A DNA stretch of 49,680 bases, the filler included, from Catajapyx aquilonaris (lineage: Eukaryota), in assembly GCA_000934665.2 (NCBI GenBank). It is 2 parts of 2 records of this genome, joined end to end, with 100 filler letters (N's around TTAATTAATTAA, not from the genome) between each part and the next. Parts side by side here need not be neighbours in the genome. Positions count along the whole stretch, not along the records: positions 24,898 to 49,680 come from JYFJ02005458.1; 1 more part is not named here. One strand, 5' to 3'. Numbering within the stretch: position 1 is the stretch's first letter; every line of letters begins with the position of its first letter. Positions 36,901 to 46,225 of this stretch are shown here, piece after piece. Below the pieces are notes generated by a model. The model did no database searches and had not been told where the DNA came from. It saw only the letters and a list, made by a program, of their open reading frames with translations. Made by a program: the position numbers and the translations under genes.

Positions 36901-39900
36901 TTAGTTTGTGACAGTATCATTCCCAACAACCCAGTATTATTCCCAAAGTCTAAGCGTGCTCTCTGTGATATCCGCTCGGCTAATGCGCATTGCCAGCTAG
37001 TTATTCGCTGTACCGGATATGTGAAAGGAAGAGAGACAGACGTCTTCATATAATTCAAGGGCACAAAATGCAACATCTATCTGTGCAATCACTTTGCTGT
37101 ATGCATGAATGTGTGACCTTCCACAGCCACACCAAAAGGTATCCACTTGACGTGGTTGTACGTAACGAAATAATCTGACTAATGTGTTGTATGCATGTGC
37201 TGTTTAAAATGTGGTCTTCAAATGCTGGGTCCTTCGTTAGATTAGACTGTTCCAGCCGTATGCAAAATATCAGTGTCGTCAGACGTTTCGATCTGGGTGA
37301 AAACAGCGTTACGTACCATCCAAACTGAGCGCAAGCACCCGACAACGAGCAGCTCAGATTACGCTCGCCAATGCAAAAAGCAGTGTATGCTTCTTGTGCC
37401 GGGACACCTCTGGATCACAGGTCATGTTTGACAAAAAAACGCGTATACGCAAGTTTATACCCTTCTTTCGCCAACTTGCAAGCGTCTTTTGTCCGTGAAC
37501 TTACAGAAATGTGCGCGAAAACATCTAAGGAGAGGCAGGCTGACTTTCGCCGCAGACGGAAGGAGGCTGTATATGTTGTTCCCTTTTTGCAACTGTTCAA
37601 AATTGTCATATAAGTAGCCTACTAAGTTTCATTTATGTGAACAAAATTTAATAAGCGTATGACGCAAAATGGAACGTTACATTGTTGTGGCCTTTACTTT
37701 CATCCTGAAAACTTACCTAGTTCCTATTTCAGTGCAGCGGAGCCATAATAAGATTATGAATTCACAGACATTCCAATCTCCAAAAAATTATGCTACTCCC
37801 AGTAACGGGTCGTTATATACCACGTGACCGTTTTGGGGGGAGGGGGTGGTCTGCTGATATACCACGGTTGGTCACAGGGGGGAGTCGGCGAAAATTCACG
37901 TGGTATCTCGGAACACAGTGAATTGGCACATATGGGACCTTTTGCAGATGCACATGGGTTCAAAATAACCTAAAATTCGAAATCAGCGACTCCGAAAACA
38001 TGGGGAGACAGGTTTTTTACGTGCTTAAACAGTTTAGTTGAGGAGCTATCAATTTCGATCGCGGTTTTTCTGATAACATTGACATGTAAAAAAAAAACAC
38101 GTGAAATGGGGGGAGGGGGGTTCCAATGGATACCACGGTCAGTCACTGGGGGGGAGGGGGGGGTCAAAAAGTGGCCAAAAATCGGTCACGTGGTATTTGG
38201 ACGACCCCTAAATCGCTGTAGGTTGTACGTAACGGTGGCGGGTGGTACGTAACGGGTGGATATCTCAAATATTTTCACGTTCAAAATGAGAATTCTCCCA
38301 ATCTAATGGCATGATGAGGTTCCTCGCATCCTACTGCCCCACATGCACTTGAGCTTCGAAACCTGTGCTGTCAGATTTCGCAGAGTTTCCCCCTAGTTGC
38401 ATATACCCCAGAAACTGGTGTCCAATGACGGATGGTACGTAACGAGATTTCAGACACTCGCACACGCGTGGATGGCCATCGAATGAAATTTCCATGATGT
38501 CCCTCACCTTCACATTTCTGCGCTGCATCTGATTTTCATAACAGTTAATCTATTACGGCAAGTACCTAGCCGCGGTGGACTCCTAAACATCTCAACACAG
38601 CTTCCGATTGTCTGTACGTAACGCGTGGAATTGCCCTTGTTATTAATTATTTAGTGCCAAAAACTAATCAGCAATTCCTAACATGAGAAAACATGCAATT
38701 TTTTTTTGTATCAAGAATCAATATTAAGTATCAAGAGGGTGCTCCTGACCCAAAAACACTTCCTAGCCAGAGTAGCCTATTAATTATAACTCCCAGCATT
38801 TTTATACATGGTATCCACTCCTTCAGACAGCCATCTTGTTGCATCAGATTCTGGGACAATTTCAGCATTTTGACGACAATTCAGTTCATAACTTATCTGT
38901 GTAATTTTTCAGAAAACTTTCTAATGCTTACAGCTCGAGTACAATCAAGTGTATCAGACACTTACTTTCTGTATTTTCTTCTCGCACTGGAGATAGTGAC
39001 TCTTCATGGCATCAACACTGCTGCTTTTGTAGGTACAATTTGGGTATCTACAGGTTGCTTGGCCACCATTTCTGATTTCCTTCTTCCAGCTTCCAATGAG
39101 GGCATTGTTAGCACTCCCTGATTTTGATGGCTTCAGAAACAGTGATGCCTGAAATTATAGAGTGCACATTGTGTTAAAACAATTACCTGCATATTGTGCA
39201 CTAACATCAGCTGCACAATGAGAGATTTAAAACATTCCATAAAAAAGCTTGTTATGTTATTCAAAATTTAAACAATTTCAATCTGTCATTACCACATCTT
39301 TTTTGATGACTAAGTCAAACTCGCTGTCTTCCTTGTCCACCTCTTCCTTAACACCACTGGCACCAACCTCGTTAGCCACCTCCTGTATCTTCGACCTTGC
39401 TCTAAAATAACACATTGAATTAAGTTATAAAAAGTCAATATTAGCTTCGCAGCAGTCTGCTTACTTTGTAGCTGCAGCTCTACATCCTCGCCCAAGTGAC
39501 TCAATTAAAGGTTCATCTTCTTGCCAAGAGTCATCCAATGCAACTTGCCTGAGTGACCTGCAAGCAGAGCTTTGATGCTGGGCAAAATATGTCTTCGAAA
39601 TCCATCTGCCACATTGATCGCATTGCTCCTTCCTTTCCTGAAATGAAGCTAAGTTGGAATTATGTCTATTAAAAGAGCATAAATGTTCCATCTCACCTCA
39701 AGTGACTTTCCACACAATTTAATGTGGTACTGCCATCCAAGGTAACTGATGAATTTCTTATTGCATAATTCACAAATGACAAAGCGGACAGCAGCTAAGG
39801 AGGCTAACATCAGCTTTCTGTGTTCGCTCTCTGGCACCTGTAAGAAGCAAAAGCAGTATTTCTTATTCCAACTTACAGCACATAAGGTAACAGGAAATGG

Positions 39901-42900
39901 AAAAACAACTGACCAAAAATTTTATCTTTAGCTGTCAAATATGTTTCTCTAAATATTGCCTTCTATATTCAGGGAATGCTCTTCCTAATTTTTTGATATC
40001 CAATAATAAGTTAAATTCTATTTAAATTATCTTGATTAATGATAAGTCCAGCATTGCATAAAAACACGAGTTTTGTAAATTTACACAAACATATTCATTA
40101 TGTCAAATATTATAAGTTATTTTATCTTCACAGTCATTAAAATGAAAATACCTCTGGGTCACCTTCCATGTTTGCTATGTTGTTGTGATGGCGCATGTTG
40201 TGCATAATAAAAGCTGATTTCACCATTTTCTCCTTGCATTTGGCACAGGTGACATCTGGTCCTTTTTCTCTTGGTTCTCCTCCATCTGGTCTTTTCTCTG
40301 TTGGCTCACCTCCATCTGGTCTTTTCTTTCTTGGCTCACCTCCATCCTTCAGTCCTTCTTCAGTACACTTAAGTATTTTTCTAGGGCGGCCTCTACCCCT
40401 CTTAACTGGCAGGGTTTCAATATCAGGAGGGGGAGTGACCACTGAGACTCTCTCAGGTTCTGGGACAGGTTCTGGGACAGGTTCGTTTGGTGCAACATCT
40501 CCCTCCATTACAAAGTCAGATGAGTATCTAGTTGTTCCTCTAGTACGGTTCCTTCTTTGTGGGTACCTTCTGCTATCATTTTGCTGCATTTCAACTTTTA
40601 CTTCTGTGGGCTTCGCTGAGAGTTCAGGTTGCTTTGGCTTTCTTCCTCGCTTTTTAGGTTGCTTTCCAGTTGGCATATCTGATTCATTAAGAGGTTCTGA
40701 TCTGCTCAGCAATACCGCAGAATTAACCATTAGTTCAGAGCATTCTGCTGGTGGTCCCCTTTGTTCAACTGGTTGGCTTTCTTGAAATCCTACTGGAATC
40801 TCTGGTACATGCCACGACTGTATATGACCTGCTGTCGCATCTGCATCTCTTTCATGTCCTACTGGTTCTGCAACCACCATTAAATTCATTTATCCTCCTG
40901 CACCTCTAAGATTGGGAGGGAACAGAGAAAACAAACACAACTAAATAACCTCACCTGTTCTACCAATATCTATTGGACTCTCCACTGCAGTAACTTCAAT
41001 TTCTACGCTTATGTCAGCTTCATTAATTTGGTCCCCTCCATGCTGATTACTCTGGCTAGGTCTCCCTCTCTTGGAAGGTCCCTCATTCTGTGTATCTTTT
41101 CTTCGCTTAACAGGTCCTCCATCTTTCCTTGGCCTCCCAACCGTCTGAACTATGGGTATCATAGTTTCTTCTGCTTGTTCATATTCATACACTTCTTGGG
41201 AAGCTGACTGCAAAACAAATCATCACATTTCATCACAACATGAGTCTACAACTTTTACGAACTGTCTTCACCAGCTGCACTTCTCCAACTTGCTTTTCCT
41301 AGCACATGACTCCTCTATGACTTTCCCTTGACTCATTAGGAAGTTTTAAGTCACTTTTAAGTTACATAAGAAGTAATACCTACTTCAGCTTCTTGTAATG
41401 TCAACACATTGGGAGTAACAAATTAGTTAAAAAACACCTAATGTAACTTGGGTTTCATCCACTAGGACTAGGTGCATCCCAAATTTAACACATCCCACAC
41501 TATTGTAATAATTTTCACTGTCATAAAATACAAGGTTGTTCTTAACAATTCAAAACAATGCAATTAATAATACAACAGGTTTCATAGTTTAATTAAAATC
41601 AATGAAAATGTATCTATCCTCCTGGAGCCGAATGCCCTTGATGTGGCAACCTCTTCAGTCTCTCCAGGAACCACTTTTTGGTGGTGCGGCACACCCACTC
41701 CCGGACAACTGCTCACAGTCAACAATGTCCTCGAAGTGGCGTCGGCAAGCTTTTTTGATGGATCCAGCTTTGGGTGCTTCCACACCCGCCGTACTCCCCT
41801 GATATGGCCCCTAGTAACTTTCATATGCGGTGTTTGGATCCATGAAGAAATCCCTTGGCCGCCGCCGCCATTTTGAGGACATTGTTGACTGTAAGCAGTT
41901 GTCCAGGAGTGGGTGCGCTCCACCACCAACACGTGGTTCCTGGAGGCCTGGAAATGCTGCCGCACCCGTGCCACCAGTGCAGTCGGTTCCAGGAGGATTC
42001 CATCGATAATGTGTACAGTGTACCTATCTGCTGACCTGCATGGGCCCTGTATTTGTGGCAAAAAATAATAATTGTAAATAATTTTGGTACGGCCCTTGTA
42101 CAATAATAATACCTAACCTCGTCCAGAAGACAACCCAGTGTGAAGTAAAGAATGAACAGGCATGTAAAGAGTGGCTCATTGCATTCATGTAAGTTCTGGA
42201 CACGAATATCAACTTCAGACAGCAACAGTTTTGTTTCTCTGGTGTACCTAAAAATCTATTCCATTTCTGTGTTAAATAGTTTCCATTATATCCAACAAAA
42301 ATGCAGTGAAAGTCATACAAGTACGAGTAGTTGGGGCAGCATAATTTTTCCACAGCACATAAGTTTCTCCTCCCATGAGCATACATATTTCTGTACTTTA
42401 AACCTGGGACTCCACTGAATCAACTTTGTTTGCAACTTTTCTGTTGTAATTCGTGAAAATATGTTACCTACCAATGCCTCTAATGTACTGGTTCTGTCCG
42501 ACTGAACAGCCTGAATTATTTTCTCTCTCTTCTCTTTCCATTCTCTACAGCTCTCTGCCTTTGATTCTGTGCTATGGGAAATCTCCACATGACGCTTCAG
42601 ATTCTCTGATGTGCTGAGCATGCCATTGCAATGGTTACAAAAGAATCCCACATTTGAGTCCTGAGCTCCAGTGCACATCTTATGATGTGCAGTCATGTCT
42701 TCCAAGCTCAAACCAATGTAATTGCAAGTTATGTTGGTGCATCTAATGAAGCCTCTCTCACTCAGTGACAGATTCCAGTTGTACAGGACTAATGGATGGA
42801 CGTCACATGATGCACTGCTTTCCGCTGAAGTACTTTTCAACTCCTGTCTTGTTCTTCCTGATGTTTCTTTATGAAGTGCTGATGCTAAATAAACAAAGTT

Positions 42901-43557
42901 GATTTAGTGAAAGAAAGTGATGTCAGTCTGAACTTGAAATTAATTATGTTCTGTAAATACTCATGGTACATTCTTGTTATTATTATTATAGACCTTTGGA
43001 AACCATTGTACGGTATCTCTAAAAAAGACTGAGATGATTGTGCACCTGTAGTAGTGATGATGCAATGACCTGCTCACAAGAGTAAGTTGCCCACCCAAGG
43101 TGGCCATTCAGAATGTAATTAAAGTGATAGACACACACACACAATCTTCACGACATTGTCCCATAAAGGGTGGCCAGCAATGGCCGGGTGATGTAGACCA
43201 ATACAATGTATCCTCTGGTATAAAAATTAAATGAATATTAACCATACCTGGAAAATCCTGATTGACTGTAGAGATAGTGGATGGTACACTTGGTGCCAGC
43301 TTGATTGGCAGCATAATTCTCTTCCCATCCTTGATATTTACGAGGCATAATTTTTCTAACTGAGCTGGAGTTAGCACAATCAACTTCATATTCTTGTTAC
43401 CATCTGTAAAATGCCAAGTTAGGAATCATTTGAATATTACTCCAGTGGACTGCCTACCTGTAGGCCTGCTGGAGCTGGTTGAGGGTGTACTGTCATCCAG
43501 ATTACATTCAGGTACCCTTTCCTTCTGTGCCTCCGAAGCACATTCGCTGCCTTCCAT
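30940..43557 (-). CDS. GTF3C2: ZNF512-like zinc-finger/AT-hook region joined to a GTF3C2 (TFIIIC110) WD40 domain; ~1439 aa, 19 coding exons
   Basis: Exons: 43557-43458, 43403-43248, 42884-42472, 41207-40955, 40867-40152, 39837-39697, 39637-39465, 39401-39293, 39148-38966, 36581-36356, 36261-36162, 36072-35671, 35403-35062, 34858-34716, 34296-34110, 34042-33955, 32488-32360, 32289-32101, 31209-30940. Total 4320 nt, all GT-AG and phase-compatible. The C-terminal half has FFCGGPVWSMAWCP, GPVWCLEWCPSGC, RLGLLAAACGDG, MTGSMDRQVKCWDL and VGWNPNLGSHLWLASGYQCGLVR. The 42472 donor and 40867 acceptor are less certain. Confidence 0.85.
31440..31665 (-). mobile_element. Diverged copy of the V-like tRNA SINE
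   Basis: The reverse complement GTGTAATGGTTAGTGCTACAG...AGTTCGATACT...GAGTTTTGAT...GCATGGGTTGTCATGGGGTTTTCTTGTTTCCTACCATCAAAA parallels 26067-26337. Confidence 0.65.
32529..33910. mobile_element. Palindromic foldback MITE in an intron, interrupted by a second element
   Basis: 32530-32610 plus 33272-33540 form the reverse complement of ~33565-33910. The ends CCCCTTCACTAC / GTAGCGAAGGAG are loosely piggyBac-like. Confidence 0.85.
32618..33262. mobile_element. Nested TIR element with 9-bp TSD
   Basis: TIRs GGGGCGGATAGTTATG / CATAACTATCCGCCCC. AATCATAAC is duplicated at 32609-32617 and 33263-33271. Confidence 0.8.
36792..38636. mobile_element. Non-autonomous DNA transposon with 13-bp TIRs and 4-bp TSD (Sola2-like)
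   Basis: GGGCAATTCCACG at 36792-36804 and CGTGGAATTGCCC at 38624-38636, with TTGT on both flanks. The internal motif GTACGTAACG recurs. Superfamily inferred from the GRG terminus and 4-bp TSD. Confidence 0.8.
37806..38208. mobile_element. PIF/Harbinger-like MITE nested in the Sola-like element
   Basis: TIRs GGGTCGTTATATACCACGTGACCG / CGGTCACGTGGTATTTGGACGACCCC, flanked by TAA at 37803-37805 and 38209-38211. Confidence 0.8.
40254..40347 (-). repeat. Coding 30-bp tandem repeat, 3 copies (DGGEPxxKxP)
   Basis: KDGGEPRKKRPDGGEPTEKRPDGGEPREKGPD in exon 40867-40152. Confidence 0.9.
41530..42101. mobile_element. Mariner-derived foldback remnant
   Basis: Plus strand encodes LPHPPYSPDMAPSNF (mariner YSPDLAP motif) near 41777-41820. 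41640-41770 is a diverged reverse complement of 41835-41970. Ends are TACAAGG and CCTTGTA. Confidence 0.8.
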
Positions 43558-43679
43558 CCTTGTCGCCAGCAACTTAAAACTGCGGGCATATAAATTTCCA
43601 TGAGCTGCAGAAATGCAGCCACCATACTAGAAAAACAATTAACTGCCCATTTGCAGTAGTTTTGGGCAGAAAATAAACG

Positions 43680-43755
43680 TAACTCATGGCTGGATTTGAA
43701 CCAATGACCTCCCGTTTTCCATTCCATGACCCTAACCACTGAGCCAAGCAAGTCG
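43680..43755 (-). repeat. tRNA-like fragment (SINE head) with A and B boxes
   Basis: A box TGGCTCAGTGG (43746-43736) and B box GGTTCAAATCC (43702-43692). No convincing acceptor stem. Confidence 0.65.
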
Positions 43756-43859
43756 CAAGGAAACTTGCCTCTCAGAAGCCATAATCATGCTTACCTATTA
43801 TCTTGCAGTACAAATCATAGGTGGAGCAAAATGGCTGGTATCCTTGCCCGTGCTTACCG

Positions 43860-44390
43860 CACCGAACAAGCCCTCAGAATCGACTCTGGAAGCCACACAC
43901 CCCTCAGACGCCGGGAAAGGGAAAGAAATTAATATTTCCTTCCCCTACGCAATTCCTACATAACGGTTTACATGTTCCACACAGTGTCAATACGCATCCT
44001 CCGATTGATCACACCACTTCAATCCCGTGATTTTATTGGCTAAGCTTGACTGACTGGAACGTGTAAATCGGAGCCACGCTGTAGCAGTGTCGTCCTGCCA
44101 TCTATCCGCAAAGGGATGTACCATTTTCAGTACGGTATTTACACTGCTCTGCAAACCAAGTCTAACACTGTGCTAATTGGTGTACATACACGGATGGTAC
44201 TTTATCTAACCAATAGAGTATGAGTGATACTCGTCACGTATTGCCGGGTAAGCACGAGCAGATGACAGGCCTGGAGATCAGTGCAGCCAACGTAGATAAT
44301 AATTCTTCCACGGAATGATCAGGGCTGCCAAACGTACCTCCGGAAGAGCCGCAGGGGAACAGGATCGGCCACGGCCAGCCAGCAGGAAAG
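43860..44390. promoter_or_regulatory. Putative bidirectional promoter region (GTF3C2-like gene / Dlic)
   Basis: Head-to-head genes with start codons ~830 bp apart. A minus-strand GTAAGC donor near 43857 suggests a non-coding first exon. Confidence 0.55.
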
Positions 44391-46225
44391 ATGGCGCCGG
44401 TTCGGGAGGAGATGGACCGATCGACGGACGGAACGGAGACGATGACCGCCTCCTCGTCGGAGCCGGAGGGAAAAGCGGACAACCTTTGGGTTACTATCCT
44501 GAGCGAAGTACAGGCCCGGAGTAACACCAAACTGCCCTCATGCAAGCAGGTGCTGGTGCTTGGAGACAGGGAGGTTGGGAAGACCACTGTGGTGGCCAAG
44601 TTGCAGGGAGTGGAGGACCCCAAGAAAGGATCGGAACTGGAGTATGCCTACATTGATGTCAGGGACGAGTACAGGGATGACCACACCAGGCTTGGGGTCT
44701 GGGTCCTTGACGGTGACCCCACCCACGCGCATCTGCTCCGCTTTGTGCTATCAGAGGAGACCTTCCCGCACACATTTGTGGTGCTCACAGTCTCCATGGC
44801 ATCACCCTGGGGGGTCATGGAGCAATTGCACAAATGGGCATCCATATTACAGGTACAGGTGCTTGGCAGGGTGGGGCCAGATGGTGGGCGGATGGAATTG
44901 GACCGCCCACAAATCTGTTGGTGTGAATTTCACTTGCAATGCATCAAAAATTGCACTTTACATTATTCGTGTTCAGTTAATCTATTCAGTACACTGCACA
45001 AGCATTAGCTCAATATGTATAGTGTGGCAATAGCCAACATTGGGAAAGCCTGATATTTCCTTTTGCAATCTGTAAGGTGTTTGGAAGTCTGGAATTGAGA
45101 TAGTTTCTAATGCCTTTATTTGCTCAACAGAGTGTATTTTAATGCCACGTTATGGCGCACTTCTAATAATTGCTATTCTCGCAGGACCGGGTGGACAAGC
45201 TGAGCCTGTCTGCCGATGCTGTTCGTGAATTCAGAGACAAGGTGGCCAAGAGGTGGCGTGAATATATAGTCCCAGGTGATGAGCTGGAGGTGGCAGCAGC
45301 AGTCGGCTCCAAACGTAACTCAGTGGCTGAAGATGAGGACCCAACGCCCCCGAGTGACCTACTCTTAACTCGCAACCTGGGGCTGGACATTGCAGTAGTG
45401 GTAACCAAGACAGACTACATGTCCACATTGGAGAAAGAGCATGATTACAGGGAGGAGCACTTTGATTACATGCAGCAGTGGCTCCGCAAGTTCTGCTTGC
45501 AATATGGCGCAGCCCTCTTCTACACATCAGTCAAAGAGGACAAAAACTGTGATCTGCTCTACAAGTACCTGGTTCACCGGATATATGGGTTTCCCTTCCG
45601 GACACCAGCACTCGTTGTAGAAAAAGACGCAGTGTTCGTGCCTGCTGGGTGGGACAATGAGAAGAAGATTGCCATACTGTACGAGAGCATGCAGGGAGTG
45701 GGCCCAGATGACTACTACCCAGAGGTCATTGCAAGGCCTGTGACGGCCCGAAAGAATCCAGGTACGAAGGAAGTCGAGGTGCAGTGTGAAGGCGAGCAAG
45801 CTTTTTTGGCTCGGCAGCAGCAGCTTCTCCAACAGGGGTTGCCTGCACCTGGTTCAAGACCTGAAGCTGGTCGTGGTTCCCCTGCTGGTGTCCAAAAGAC
45901 GGCTGAGAGAAGGTCAGGTGGTGCAGTAGGTCCTGGATCAGGAGCAGCCCAGGGGCCCATGGCTCCTGCTAAGAAGGCAGACCCAACGAAGCCTGGTGCA
46001 GCAGGAACGTCTGAAGGAGTTCTGGCCAACTTCTTCAACTCACTGCTGAGCAAGAAGACCGGAGGGGCACAGGGTGCAGGGGGTGCAGCGTCAGGTCCTG
46101 GGGCATCCAAAATGGTGGAGAAAGCAGCTGTTCGTTCGGATGCTGCAGCAGAGCTGGACAGGTTGACCAGAGGGAAGCCAGTTGGGAACAGTGAAGCAGA
46201 CTCAAATAATGCTTCTGAGTGCTAA
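44391..46225 (+). CDS. Dlic: Cytoplasmic dynein 1 light intermediate chain, 500 aa, 2 coding exons
   Basis: Exons 44391-44852 and 45185-46225. Motifs: NLWVTILSEV, LGDREVGKTT (P-loop), KKGSELEYAY, VWVLDGD, VVVTKTD, FCLQYGAALFYTSVKEDKNCDLLYKYLVHRIY, PAGWDNEKKI, and the adaptor-binding helix EGVLANFFNSLLSKKTG. Confidence 0.96.

Noticed and set aside
40195..40785. 196-aa plus-strand ORF
   Set aside because: Antisense shadow of the large coding exon 40867-40152.
44853..45184. ORF extensions of Dlic (to 45008 and from 45170)
   Set aside because: Read-through into the intron; splicing 44852 to 45185 restores the conserved protein.
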